From Curvularia clavata (taxonomy: Eukaryota): a stretch of DNA of 64,000 nucleotides. Below are positions 1 to 11,640 of the stretch, one piece after another. Both the position numbers and the translations under genes were made by a program. The notes below the pieces were generated by a model that did no database searches, had not been told where the DNA came from, and saw only the letters and a program-made list of their open reading frames with translations. Each line of letters opens with the position of its first letter. Position 1 is the first letter of the stretch. The stretch lies in contig CP089277.1 of NCBI GenBank assembly GCA_023920165.1, positions 4,340,001-4,404,000 of the forward strand. Direction: 5' to 3'.

Positions 1-2
1 CT

Positions 3-3000
3 GAGACTGTTCGTACATGCACCAGCCCCGAACCCTCTGCCACAAGTCTTGCATACGTCATCTTCACATCCGGATCTACAGGCCTACCCAAGGGCGTCAA
101 GGTCGAGCACCGTGGTGTCGTACGTCTCGTCAAGCAGAGTAATGTGGTAGCAAAGATGCCTCAGGCAGCACGCGTTGCCCATCTATCAAACATCGCTTTC
201 GATGCTGCCACGTGGGAGATCTATGCTGCGCTCCTTAACGGCGGCTCTCTCATATGTATTGACTATTTCACTACATTGGATAGCAAGGAGCTTGAAGCCG
301 TGTTTGCACGAGAAAAAATCCAAGCGGCCATGCTTCCGCCGGCGCTGCTCAAGCAGTGTTTGGTCAATATCCCTGCGACTATCAGCGCCTTAGACGTGGT
401 ACTTGCAGCGGGCGACCGTTTCGACAGGCGCGACGCGGCGGCGACACAAGCGCTCGTCGGAGGCGGTGTCTACAACGCGTACGGCCCTACCGAGAACACG
501 ACTCTCAGTACCATCTACAATGTGGTCAAAGGCGACGCCAACGTCAACGGAGTTCCAATCGGTCGCCCTGTTAGCAACTCAGGTGCCTACATCATGGATC
601 CCAATCAACAGCTGGTCCCCATGGGTGTTATGGGAGAGCTTATCGTGGTAGGAGACGGAGTCGCTCGGGGATATACCGATTCAGCACTAGATGTCAATCG
701 TTTCATTGAGATCGCGATTGATGGTGATCAGGCGGTGCGCGCCTATCGAACAGGTGACCGCGCTCGTTACCGACCTAAAGACGGTCAAATCGAGTTCTTC
801 GGCCGCATGGACCAACAAATCAAGATTCGTGGCCATCGTATTGAGCCAGCCGAAGTGGAGCACGCCGTACTTGATAACAGTATGGTGCAAGATGCTGCCG
901 TAATTACTCGCAAGCAAGATCAGGAACTAGAGATGATCGCTTTTGTTACTACGCGTAGTGATGAGAAAATTGACAACGACGAAGCCAGCAACCAAGTCGA
1001 AGATTGGGGTAACCAGTTTGAGAGTAACATATATGCTGAGATCGAGGAGATCGACTCCTCTGCCGTTGGCAAAGACTTCATGGGCTGGACGTCCATGTAC
1101 GACGGTAGTGCTATCGACAAAGACGAAATGCAGGAGTGGCTAGACGACACTATGAGCACACTGCTCGACGGTCGACAACCAGGCCACGTACTCGAAATCG
1201 GTACTGGTACTGGCATGATCTTGTTCAACCTAGCTGAGAGGGTGGGATTGGAGAGCTACGTAGGCCTCGATCCCTCGGAGAAGGCAACCTCATTCGTTAA
1301 TCAGGTCATCAAGTCTCGCCCATCTCTGGCAGGCAAGGCTGAGGTTCACGTCGGCACAGCAACAGATGTGGCTCGAATGCGAGATCTTCACCCCGAAGTG
1401 GTGGTTGTCAATTCGGTAGCTCAATACTTCCCATCGCCTGAGTATCTGGCCGATGTCGTTCGCGCTTTGGTTCGCATTCCAGGCGTGAAACGACTCTTCT
1501 TCGGCGACATACGATCCTACGCTACTAATGATCATTTCCTTGCAGCCAGAGCCCTACACAAGCTAGGAGGAAAGGTTACTAGGGATACTGTGCGAAGCAA
1601 AATGACTGAGCTCGAAGACTACGAGGAGGAACTGCTTGTCGACCCAACATTCTTCACCAGTCTAACGGCCGAGCTTCAAGGCCAGGTCGAACACGTTGAG
1701 ATCCTACCTAAGCGTATGCAGGCCACCAACGAACTCAGCGCATACCGATACGCGGCTATAGTCTACATCCGTGATCCACAACGAGCGCAGACTGTGCAAA
1801 CGGTCAAATCGAACACCTGGATTGATTTCAGCACCTCTCAAATGGACCGCAGTGCGCTCGTCAGTCTCTTACAGAGCTCAGATGCTGAAGTTATCGCTGT
1901 CAGCAATATTCCCTACAGCAAGACGATCGTGGCGCGGCATATCGTTGAGTCACTCAGTGCAGAGGATTCACAAGAGATGCTGGACGGCCCTGCTTGGATC
2001 TCAGCAGTCCGATCCAGCGCTGAACAGTGCGCATCCTTGTCTGCGATCGACCTTGTACAGGTTGCTAAAGAGACCGGCTTCCGAGTGGAGCTCAGCTGCG
2101 CACGGCAGCGGTCTCATAATGGAGCGATTGATGCGGTATTCCATCATTACAAGCCTGCGCAAGAAGGTAGCCGTGTCTTGCTACAATTTCCGACCGACAA
2201 TCACATCCGGGCAGGCTCGCTTACGAACCGACCACTACAACGTCTCCAGAGTCGAAGGGTAGAGACAAAACTCAAGGAACACCTTTTTAGTGTGCTTCCA
2301 TTGTACATGATTCCATCACATATTGTGATGGTTGACCAGATGCCTCTGAATGCGAACGGCAAGGTTGACCGGAAAGCCCTGGCACAAAGAGCTGAAGCAG
2401 TTCTCAAGACCGAGAAACCAGCTTCTGAGAGAGTCATTGCACGGAACGAAGTGGAAGCTGTACTATGTGAAGAGTTCACCGATGTCCTTGGTGTGGAGGT
2501 CGGCATTACCGACAACTTCTTCGACCTGGGCGGACACTCGCTCATGGCCACCAAACTCGCTGCCCGTATCAGCAAGCACCTTGATGCTCGCGTCTCTGTC
2601 AAGGACGTTTTTGATTACCCTGTTGTTGCTGATCTAGCAGCGTCAATTGAACGAGACTCGACCCCTCATAACCCCATTCCCTCGACCAACTACTCTGGAC
2701 CCGTGGAGCAATCTTTCGCGCAAGGCCGACTTTGGTTCCTGGATCAGCTGAATATGGGCGTATCGGAATTATATCTCATGCCTCTTGCTCTACGCCTGCG
2801 CGGACCTCTGCGCGTTGACGCCTTCACAGCTGCAGTATCTGCTCTCGAGGCACGCCATGAAACTCTCCGAACAACCTTCGTGGATCACGACGGTGTAGGC
2901 ATGCAAGTCATTCTGCCCAGTAACAGCAAGAAACTGAGAGTCATTGACGCGTCCGAGAACGACTATACAGACATCCTGCGACAGGAACAGACAGCTCCAT

Positions 3001-6000
3001 TCTATCTCACGACCGAGCCAGGGTTTAGGATCGCCCTCTTGCAGCTGGGCCCAACCGACTTCATTCTGTCAATTGTCATGCACCATATCATCTATGACGG
3101 TTGGTCTGTTGATGTTCTATGCAGAGAGCTTGGCCGATTCTATAGTGCTGCACTACAGGGCCAGGATCCATTGGCGCAAGTGAGCCCTCTGCCTATCCAG
3201 TACCGAGATTTCTCTATCTGGCAAAAGCAGCCAGAGCAAGTGGCCGAGCACGAGCGCCAGCTACAATACTGGACCGAACAACTGGCAGATAGCTCTCCAG
3301 CTGAGCTTCTTACGGATCTACCCCGGCCATCGGTGCCAACCGGCAAGGCCGGTATCGTTCAACTCACGATCGAGGGCGCAGTCTACGAGCGCCTTCGAGC
3401 CTTTTGCCGTGTTCATCAAACGACCTCGTTCGCTGTACTCCTCGCAGCCTTCCGTGCGACCCACTACCGTCTCACGGGCGCTGACGATGCTACCATCGGC
3501 TCTCCAATTGCTAATCGTAACCGCCCAGAACTAGAAAATCTGATTGGCTTCTTTGTCAATACCCAGTGTATACGCGTGACAATCAGAGAGGACGATACCT
3601 TCGACAAATTGGTGCAGCAAGTCCGGGCAACGACAACAGCCGCGCAGGTCAACCAGGATGTCCCATTCGAACGCATCGTCTCAACCCTGATGCCTGGCTC
3701 AAGAGACACGTCCCGAAATCCACTAGTGCAGCTCAGCTTTGCTCTTCACTCACAGCATGACCTTGGAAGAATCGATCTCCAGGATCTGACAGGAGAAGCT
3801 CTTCCCACACCAGTGTCCACTAGACTGGATGTAGAGTTCCATCTTTTCCAGCAAGCTGAGAAGTTCAGTGGTAGCGTACTGTTTGCAACAGACTTGTTTG
3901 AGCCTGAGACTATTCAAGGACTGGTCTCCGTCTTCCAGGAGGTCTTACGCCGAGGGCTTGAGCAACCCCAAACGCCTATTGCAGTTCTGCCCCTTGACAA
4001 CGCGTCCGAGGATCTTCGGAGCATGGGTCTGCTTCAAATGGAGAGAACCAACTATCCACGGGACTCTAGTGTGGTTGATGTCTTCCGTGATCAAGTGGCA
4101 GCCAATCCTAGAGCAATAGCCGTCAAGGATTCAGTCTTAGAGCTGACCTACGCTCAGCTGGACGAGCAATCTGACCAGTTGGCTGCCTGGCTCTGCCAAC
4201 ATAACATTCCGGCAGAGACAATCGTCGGCGTTCTGGCTCCGAGATCTTGCGAGACAATTATTGCCTTCCTCGGAATCCTCAAGGCCAACCTCGCATACTT
4301 GCCATTAGACGATAATGTTCCAGCTGCTCGCATTGAGACTATATTGTCCGCAGTCCCTGGCCACACATTAGTCCTACTCGGCTCACATGTGGCTGCTCCA
4401 AGCATTGGATCAGCAGATGCTGAATTCGTCAAGATCAATCATACTTTAGGCCACAGTTTGCAGCTCAACAGCACATGCGCCAAGTTGCAGCCCTCCGCTA
4501 CAAGCCTTGCATATGTTATCTTTACATCTGGGTCGACAGGCAAGCCAAAGGGTGTTATGATTGAGCACAGAAGCATTGTGCGACTTGTCAAAAACAGCAA
4601 TACCCTCGCCAAGCTCCCACGAGCCGCTCGTGTCGCTCATCAATTCAACCTTGCCTTCGACGCAGCAAACTACGAGATCTATGGTACACTGCTGAATGGG
4701 GGTGCCCTGATCTGTGTCGATTACTCCACCCTCTTGGACACTGATGCTCTCGTGGCCATGTTCAAGCGAGAGAAAATCACCGCATCCTCATTGTCTCCTG
4801 GCTTGCTCAAGCAGTGTGTGAACAGTGCACCCGAGATGCTCAAGGCTTTACAGGTGATCTACACAGGTGGAGACCGACTCGATAGTCGCGATGCCATTGA
4901 GTTACAAGCACTTGTTCCCGGAGGCGTTTACAACATGTACGGACCTACCGAAAACACAGTCATCAGCACGCTTTACAATCTCAGCGACAAGCATTCGTAT
5001 GTGAATGGCGTTCCTATTGGAACAGCTGTCAGCAATTCGGGAGCCTACGTCATGGATGCCCTGCAACAGCTCGTCCCTGTCGGAGTAATGGGAGAGCTCG
5101 TCGTCACTGGGGATGGACTTGCTCGAGGGTACACTAATCCGGAACTAGACTGCAACCGATTCATCAAGGTCAATATCGATGGTCAGGTCGTCAGGGCGTA
5201 CCGAACAGGCGATCGCGTCCGCTACCGAAGAATAGACGGTCAATTGGAATTCTTCGGGCGCATGGATCAGCAAATTAAGATTCGAGGCTTCCGTATCGAG
5301 ACGGCGGAAGTTGAGAACGCCATGCTCAGTCACAGCGCAGTTCGCAATGCCGCTCTTGTCGTCCCTACCCAGGACATTCAAGAGATGGGAATGGTTGGTT
5401 TCGTGGTGATTGAGAACAATACACCCAAGAACGGGGAGAGCAAGGAAGAACACTTGCTACAAACTGAATTGGCGATCCTCAACCGGATGAAGAGCATCCT
5501 TCCTCCTTACATGCTCCCATCTCGCATCATCATCCTTGATCAGATGCCTTCGAATTCCAATGGAAAGGTCGATCGTAAAGAGCTTGATCGCATGGCCCAG
5601 AGCGTACATAGACAGAAGACTACGGCAGGGCGCATATTTCCCCGCAATGAACTGGAAGCTTCGCTCTGTAAGGAGTTCGCTGAAGTGCTCGGCATTGAGG
5701 TCGGCATCAGTGACAATTTCTTCGACCTCGGTGGGCACTCGCTACTAGCAACCAAGCTCGCAGCTCGCATTAGCCGCAGGCTGGATACTCGCGTGTCTGT
5801 TAAAGACGTATTCGATCAGCCTGTGCCCGCAGATCTAGCACTCAAGGTTTCGTCTTACATGTCCCAAGGTCATGCAATGGACAACGGAACCTTGTCGACA
5901 ACGAACAGCATCCCCTTCCAGCTACTACATTTTGAAGATTCGCAGAAATTTATCGACCGCGACATTGTCCCGCAACTTGCTCATCAGTCAGCTAAAATCG

Positions 6001-7283
6001 TGGATGTCTATCCTGTTACGTGGATACAGAGGCACTTCCTTGTTGATCCAGCAACAGGACTTCCACGTGCACCATCACTCTTCTTTGTGGATTTCCCAGC
6101 CAACGCTGACTGCGACAAGATATGCAATGCGAACCGGTCTCTCATTCAGCTTTTCGATATCTTCAGGACTGTATTTGTTCAGGCTGCCGGCAACTTTTAC
6201 CAAGTCGTTCTGGAAGAGCTTGACGTACCCATCTCGGTCATCGAAACCGAGGAAGACATCAGTACTGCAACTCGCGTCCTGAAGGAACAGGATCAACAAA
6301 ATCCGCTTCAATTCGGACAATCATTCTTACGCTTTGCAGTCGTGAAGACGAGGTCAGCTGTGCGCTTGGTACTTCGCATCTCTCATTGCTTGTACGATGG
6401 CTTGAGTTTCGAGCATGTTGTGCAATCACTTCATGCTTTGTATAATGGCGACCGCATCCCAACACAGCCCAAGTTTGTTCAGTATGTTCAGCATCTGACT
6501 GACAGCCGCAAAGAAGGTTACGATTTCTGGCTATCTGTCCTGGAGGAGTCCTCGATGACAGTCGTAGAGACTGGCCGTCGCGCTCAACAATTATCATCAC
6601 CTGAGGGTGCTTGGTTCGTCGAGAAGATCATCAAGGCTGTTATCCCAGCCAACTCAGATGGCATTACGCAGGCAACAGTATTTGTCACTGCTTCCACCAT
6701 CCTGCTTGCCAGAATGACCGGATCAAGCGACATCACCTTCAGCCGACTCGTATCTGGGCGTCAATCTTTGCCGATCAATGACCAACATATCGTCGGTCCT
6801 TGCACAAACATCGTCCCCGTTCGTATTCGCATGACTGATGACACTAATGCAAGAGAACTTCTCGGCATGGTGCAAGACCAATACATCGACAGCTTGCCGT
6901 TTGAAACGCTAGGGTTCGATGACATCAAGGAGAACTGCACTAAATGGCCAGCGTCGACTACAAACTACGGCTGCTGCAGCACATTCCAGAACTTCGAGAT
7001 GCAGCCTCAAAGTCAAGTCCAGGGCGAACGTGTTCGATTGGCTGGTTTGACAAGTTTCGAAGATGCAGAACTACTAAATGGCGCTACCGCTACAAACAAG
7101 AGAGTTCTAGATGACGCACCAATGCATGAGATTGATATGATTGGAATCCCTGAGCCGGATGGACTTCATGTACGAGTTGTCCTAACCGCTAGCAGGCAGA
7201 TTTTCGAGGAGGAGGTTGTGGACCGCATGCACGAAGAGTTCTGCGATATCATCCTGGGTTTGAACAAGATGTTGCAAAAATAG
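3..7283 (+). CDS. kk1B: Non-ribosomal peptide synthetase, 3' part (5'-truncated by the window): A-nMT-T-C-A-T-CT; probable KK-1-type cyclic depsipeptide synthetase, last two modules
   Basis: The frame is open from base 3 (…SLAYVIFTSGSTGLPKGV). It has two A domains (YGPTEN, YRTGD), an N-methyltransferase inserted in the first A domain (VLEIGTGTGM, NSVAQYFP), two T domains (FFDLGGHSL), a C domain (MHHIIYDGWS) and a terminal CT (SHCLYDGLS). The symbol rests on recalled KK-1 architecture (penultimate module with nMT, last without, adjacent OMT) and is not database-verified. Confidence 0.93.
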   Translation, partial: ETVRTCTSPEPSATSLAYVIFTSGSTGLPKGVKVEHRGVVRLVKQSNVVAKMPQAARVAHLSNIAFDAATWEIYAALLNGGSLICIDYFTTLDSKELEAVFAREKIQAAMLPPALLKQCLVNIPATISALDVVLAAGDRFDRRDAAATQALVGGGVYNAYGPTENTTLSTIYNVVKGDANVNGVPIGRPVSNSGAYIMDPNQQLVPMGVMGELIVVGDGVARGYTDSALDVNRFIEIAIDGDQAVRAYRTGDRARYRPKDGQIEFFGRMDQQIKIRGHRIEPAEVEHAVLDNSMVQDAAVITRKQDQELEMIAFVTTRSDEKIDNDEASNQVEDWGNQFESNIYAEIEEIDSSAVGKDFMGWTSMYDGSAIDKDEMQEWLDDTMSTLLDGRQPGHVLEIGTGTGMILFNLAERVGLESYVGLDPSEKATSFVNQVIKSRPSLAGKAEVHVGTATDVARMRDLHPEVVVVNSVAQYFPSPEYLADVVRALVRIPGVKRLFFGDIRSYATNDHFLAARALHKLGGKVTRDTVRSKMTELEDYEEELLVDPTFFTSLTAELQGQVEHVEILPKRMQATNELSAYRYAAIVYIRDPQRAQTVQTVKSNTWIDFSTSQMDRSALVSLLQSSDAEVIAVSNIPYSKTIVARHIVESLSAEDSQEMLDGPAWISAVRSSAEQCASLSAIDLVQVAKETGFRVELSCARQRSHNGAIDAVFHHYKPAQEGSRVLLQFPTDNHIRAGSLTNRPLQRLQSRRVETKLKEHLFSVLPLYMIPSHIVMVDQMPLNANGKVDRKALAQRAEAVLKTEKPASERVIARNEVEAVLCEEFTDVLGVEVGITDNFFDLGGHSLMATKLAARISKHLDARVSVKDVFDYPVVADLAASIERDSTPHNPIPSTNYSGPVEQSFAQGRLWFLDQLNMGVSELYLMPLALRLRGPLRVDAFTAAVSALEARHETLRTTFVDHDGVGMQVILPSNSKKLRVIDASENDYTDILRQEQTAPFYLTTEPGFRIALLQLGPTDFILSIVMHHIIYDGWSVDVLCRELGRFYSAALQGQDPLAQVSPLPIQYRDFSIWQKQPEQVAEHERQLQYWTEQLADSSPAELLTDLPRPSVPTGKAGIVQLTIEGAVYERLRAFCRVHQTTSFAVLLAAFRATHYRLTGADDATIGSPIANRNRPELENLIGFFVNTQCIRVTIREDDTFDKLVQQVRATTTAAQVNQDVPFERIVSTLMPGSRDTSRNPLVQLSFALHSQHDLGRIDLQDLTGEALPTPVSTRLDVEFHLFQQAEKFSGSVLFATDLFEPETIQGLVSVFQEVLRRGLEQPQTPIAVLPLDNASEDLRSMGLLQMERTNYPRDSSVVDVFRDQVAANPRAIAVKDSVLELTYAQLDEQSDQLAAWLCQHNIPAETIVGVLAPRSCETIIAFLGILKANLAYLPLDDNVPAARIETILSAVPGHTLVLLGSHVAAPSIGSADAEFVKINHTLGHSLQLNSTCAKLQPSATSLAYVIFTSGSTGKPKGVMIEHRSIVRLVKNSNTLAKLPRAARVAHQFNLAFDAANYEIYGTLLNGGALICVDYSTLLDTDALVAMFKREKITASSLSPGLLKQCVNSAPEMLKALQVIYTGGDRLDSRDAIELQALVPGGVYNMYGPTENTVISTLYNLSDKHSYVNGVPIGTAVSNSGAYVMDALQQLVPVGVMGELVVTGDGLARGYTNPELDCNRFIKVNIDGQVVRAYRTGDRVRYRRIDGQLEFFGRMDQQIKIRGFRIETAEVENAMLSHSAVRNAALVVPTQDIQEMGMVGFVVIENNTPKNGESKEEHLLQTELAILNRMKSILPPYMLPSRIIILDQMPSNSNGKVDRKELDRMAQSVHRQKTTAGRIFPRNELEASLCKEFAEVLGIEVGISDNFFDLGGHSLLATKLAARISRRLDTRVSVKDVFDQPVPADLALKVSSYMSQGHAMDNGTLSTTNSIPFQLLHFEDSQKFIDRDIVPQLAHQSAKIVDVYPVTWIQRHFLVDPATGLPRAPSLFFVDFPANADCDKICNANRSLIQLFDIFRTVFVQAAGNFYQVVLEELDVPISVIETEEDISTATRVLKEQDQQNPLQFGQSFLRFAVVKTRSAVRLVLRISHCLYDGLSFEHVVQSLHALYNGDRIPTQPKFVQYVQHLTDSRKEGYDFWLSVLEESSMTVVETGRRAQQLSSPEGAWFVEKIIKAVIPANSDGITQATVFVTASTILLARMTGSSDITFSRLVSGRQSLPINDQHIVGPCTNIVPVRIRMTDDTNARELLGMVQDQYIDSLPFETLGFDDIKENCTKWPASTTNYGCCSTFQNFEMQPQSQVQGERVRLAGLTSFEDAELLNGATATNKRVLDDAPMHEIDMIGIPEPDGLHVRVVLTASRQIFEEEVVDRMHEEFCDIILGLNKMLQK

Positions 7284-8129
7284 CTCATCAAGGAGATAGT
7301 CACATCATTTGGCATTTTATGGATCTTGACTAGGATTCCGTGGTCATTGAAAACCCACCCGAAAACTTTGCAGCTTGGATCTTGATTAGCTATCGTTATT
7401 ACCTTTGTTTTGTAATTTAAGGAGTAGGCGTTTTTTGCTTTTTGTTATATCAAGGTACATAGGCGAATATATGTTTTGTTTTTCGAAGAGTAACACTTTA
7501 TTAACTATGGTAGTTTTACATGATAAACGAAGTGCCCTTGATTGACAGAAATCAGTCAATGTCGTATATCTATTGACCCAAAGGAAAGACTATTAGCCTC
7601 CAGATTTCTATGAGACATTGGATGATTGTAGTGCTGTTGATATCCATGTGCTGAGCTCTTAGGCGTTTCATATTTCCCATCTTTTACTCGGCGTACTTTA
7701 TCTTACTGCTTGGTCGGATCTCTTCGATAGACGCTCAAGATCGATTTCACACATTGATTTCAGCGGCTGAACAATCTCGCTCCAGTGCTGGAGGCGAGTA
7801 ACTTTCTGCCTTGATGATTTACTAATTGGGTTGCGTTGCAGAAAATGCAAACTTTTGCATTTTCGTCTTGTTTCATCCCAGTCCATGTCTTTCATTAATT
7901 TACAATATTACAGAGACTGGATTTCAATTTGATTTATGTTTTGTGATTCAAATCAATAATCAATAATCAATGTCTTCACATAATGCACCATTGATACATA
8001 TACTGTCTATGGCTAAAGCAACCGGATCTTGAACATGAGAAGAAACTCCTCAAAAGTATTTATTCGCATACTAAAAGAACTCCCATGCACGCCACAGATC
8101 ACCCATAGTAGCGCTGACGAGGTCGTCAT

Positions 8130-8500
8130 CTACTTCCCCTTTGCGTCAAGCCGATCTGGCGAGGGACACCCACAGAAGTATTCTGCTTTGATGTCCATCT
8201 GGCAGGTTACTTCATTTTCTGGAAAGATTCCGTCCTTCATATACTTTATAACGAGGTCGAAGGCACATTTGGATGGGACTCGTTCATATCCATGGCCCAA
8301 ACCCTCGATGATGACAACGCCGGAGCCGGCAAAAAAAAAGCTGGCATGTCGCAGCAGCTATTACTCGTTATTACGTGATAACTGTCAGTATTGAAAAACG
8401 ATACAGTGGCGTCTGTCCTGATGGCCTGGAAGCTAGGAGTGATCTGACTCTCTACGGGCATGATTTTTTTACCGATAACTAGCGCTAATTCTGTAGACAT
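8130..8500 (-). pseudogene. Fragment resembling the C-terminus of a TAP-like alpha/beta-hydrolase (Abhydrolase_4)
   Basis: The minus strand reads …FAGSGVVIIEGLGHGYERVPSKCAFDLVIKYMKDGIFPENEVTCQMD, which fits the G-x-GH…S-x-C…G-x-x-P…C-x-x-D pattern. There is a frameshift at the A-run near 8331-8339. Confidence 0.35.
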
Positions 8501-9293
8501 ATGTCAGCCATGGATTTAGAGAAATTTTGGAGCAATTGACTGTCCCATCTGAGAGCGCATAGCTGCTCGTTCCATAAGGAAATGTGTTGGTTAATGTTTG
8601 TGCGACCGCATACAATTCCTCTTACAACTTCCAGGGGTATCATGCTGCGCTGTCGACAGCTAGGACTTGCATAGTGGCCGGTCATTTCTTATTGTTGGAT
8701 TCTTCTGGAACAGTACTCGCCATTACTAGAAGTGTTGTGTCATTTGCAATCGTCTCGAGGACAGTCGTGATCCAGCTTATCAGACTTTAATGATTTTTGA
8801 CCTATGTATTTTGTGATTTAGCTAGGGGAAAGTCCAAAGCATCAATGATTACACATTTCTAGTGGTCAAGCGTGTCTACAATATAATTCAACTGGTCTTC
8901 AATGTCGCATACAGATGTGGTATTGCAGGCGAGCAGACCAAGCTTCCCTCTGGCCCTAAAGCAAAGTTTAAGGTATAGTTATAGACCGTGTTTGAAATCA
9001 TCGTCCATGGTGGATGTCCAGCCCTAGTACTAGCCTAAGCTGTTGGCATTGCCACAGCGAAGTACGCGACGAAGGCAATGCAGGAACGTATCAACGAGCG
9101 TCTGACTTATGATAGTCCCGTACGAAATACTATAATAGTTAGTTAATGCTTTCTTAGGACCTTGACCTTAGTATTCTGCTTGCTACTCCGTGAAGTATAC
9201 TATGTTAAAGATATTCGCTAGTGTCCGAACATACTTAGCCGCCATAGTCTTCATAGTTATTACTATAGTGCAATTTAGCTATTGTTAGTTGCA

Positions 9294-9957
9294 ATAATAG
9301 GGGGATTCTTGTTAGCGTTCTTGAGAGTGTCTACGCCATACTTAAGTGCGCGCGCGTTAGCGCGCAGAACAGGACTAGGTAAGCTGCTACTACTGCCTAT
9401 ATATCTGTATAGGCTTGATACTACACCTCACAGCTACAGAAAATTCTAAGCTAACTATATATGTTAGAGGTGCTGTACAAGGTCTGTAAGTACAGGTTAA
9501 GGTGAGTTGAATACGCACCCATACATGTTTACTTTTTAATATCACAACAGCACTTTGTAACAAAATCTTAATCTACAAATACCAACGTATACTATTATTT
9601 GTTGCGTATCGCTAGGCACTGTAGGCCTTATATTACTGAATTACTTTTTGAGTGAAAAGAATTTGAAGAAAATCTATTAACTATCTATAGAGTATATTAC
9701 AAAAGCCTGTTGCAGCGTGCACTTGAAACTGCACGTACTCAAACCCTTTTACAGCTAACTATTACAATAGACGTAATTAGTTCAATGTTCCTTAAGCTGC
9801 CAGTCTAGTTTTAAGCTAAGTTTCTAATAAGTATGAAGCTAATACAGATAAATAGGCAGTAGTAGTAACTTACCCATGCTATTATGTGTGCCGACGCGCG
9901 CGCGCACTTGAGTGAAGTAGCGCATTTTAGAAATGCTGCAAAGATTTCCCTTATATT
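9294..9957. repeat. Degenerate inverted repeat pair (~130 bp arms), MITE/fold-back relic
   Basis: 9341 cttaagtgcgcgcgcg…ggtaagctgctactactgcctat matches the reverse complement of 9851-9912 (aataggcagtagtagtaacttacc…gcgcgcgcgcacttgag). The spacer is AT-rich. Confidence 0.6.
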
Positions 9958-10267
9958 AGATATCATGGTATGCCTGCAAAACGGGTCTTTCTCTTACCTG
10001 AGCTACTTTCTGCAAAGTATTATACTTGTTATTCTTAGAAGAAGAGATCTATGTTGACATTGAGGGCTATACCTACACCATGCCTAAATATCTAGTATAC
10101 AGACTGATACGAAGGTCTATTGCTAGCCTATGAGCCAAAATAGGACACAGACTGGGTCATAAGATGTAATGGCAGCCAACTGACCTACTCGATATTGTGA
10201 TGCATTTTCATTAAACCCAATGAGTCCTATTCGCTGGAAATCTAAGAGGGTGCTCATTCATCCTATC

Positions 10268-11640
10268 TTATGGTGTGGTGGGTTGCCATTCGAATTCTAG
10301 AACGGCAAGGAATGAGCCTGGTGGATTGACGATGCGATTTAGTTTGAACCGTCTGTCTGCAAGTCGGAACAGAGTTTCCCACTCGTGCACATCTCGCTCT
10401 TTCGAATTAAATTGTTGCTTCATTGAAAGATCGTACCCGCTGTTGTTATTAGTCTCTGTGGCAAGTGAAAACGACATGTGCAGAACCCACCGAATAAGCT
10501 GTGCCTCATATGCTGAGATGGCGTTTGGCTCCGGTAGACAGATTTCATTTATAATCACCTTGGATCCAGCCTCGAGAGCGGGGATCAGGTTCCGGATGAT
10601 TTGCAGGGCGTATCCATCTAACCAGTCGTGCAAAATTGACCTGAGCAAGTATACGTCGGCTTTTATAGGCTGCTCTTTGAACATGCTGTGGCTTACGAAC
10701 TCAAGACGACCCTTGAGATCCTTGGGCACGACGGCTTTGCTCAAGGTCTCTGGAAGGTCTTGAACGTAACATCGTAGTCGCGGGTGTCTTCGAAGTAAAG
10801 CTTCAGCAATGGAGCCTTGAGAACCGCCCACGTCCACCAAAACCATCTCACAGTCGATCTCCCAGTTCAACGAGGTAAACAGATGGTTGATGTCGAATGG
10901 CGGGAGTGTCCGCATGTACTCCATTCCGTGAGCAAAGCGCTGAGCTTTTTCAGGCTGCTTTTTAAGGACTTCCCATAGACTATCTCCCTTATGAAGCAGC
11001 GCAAACGCGGTCTCGTTAGGCTCTTCAGAGCTTGGCCATTTGTTCATGGCAGGAACAAGGAATGAACCCGCTGGTATGAACTCATCACAGCAAAGACTAA
11101 TCCATTGCCTCACAAGAAGGTTTTCAGCAATCAAGAATGAGCTGGCCGTGTGATTTACAAATCCGATATGAGACTCTTTGAAGATTCGGTACGAGATGGC
11201 TAATCGCATAATTCGCTTGACATCATCTACGTCCATTTTGCATCTTTTTGCGATCTCGCCAAATGAGATAGTCTCGTGTTTTGCAATTTTCCCTGCTATA
11301 TTGAAATGTACAATAGCTTGCAGGGCAGACGAGATATGAACCTGTGCACAGTCAAATCCAGCACGCGCTGCAAAACGCAAAGACGCAAACTCACTCGAGG
11401 GCTCATTATTCGCCCAACATGTGCCAGAGGGCCTTCCACTAAATCCTGCAGTTCCGTACAGGAGTCGAGGATAGAGGATTGCGCGAGCTGAACAGCTGCA
11501 TTGCGAGGCAACTCCTGATTGGCGTTTACAGAAAAAGAAGGCGTCGCAACTTTGAGACTGTCCAATAGTGACTGGAGTGTTTCCGTCTGCTTTTTGATGG
11601 CTATTGCCAGCTCCGTGATCCGTGACTGTCTCGGGTCCAT
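10268..11640 (-). CDS. kk1A: O-methyltransferase (Methyltransf_2 family), 3 exons: 11640-11395, 11341-10491, 10439-10268; 422 aa
   Basis: MDPRQSRITELA… start. GT-AG introns at 11342-11394 and 10440-10490 give a continuous frame. Motifs: LVDVGGSQG (SAM binding), VQDLP, LRSILHDW, KER…EW. It lies next to the NRPS. The symbol is from recall of the KK-1 Tyr O-methyltransferase. Confidence 0.88.

Noticed and set aside
175..6600. Many small alternative-frame ORFs inside the NRPS
   Set aside because: They overlap a clearly authentic long CDS and carry no motifs.
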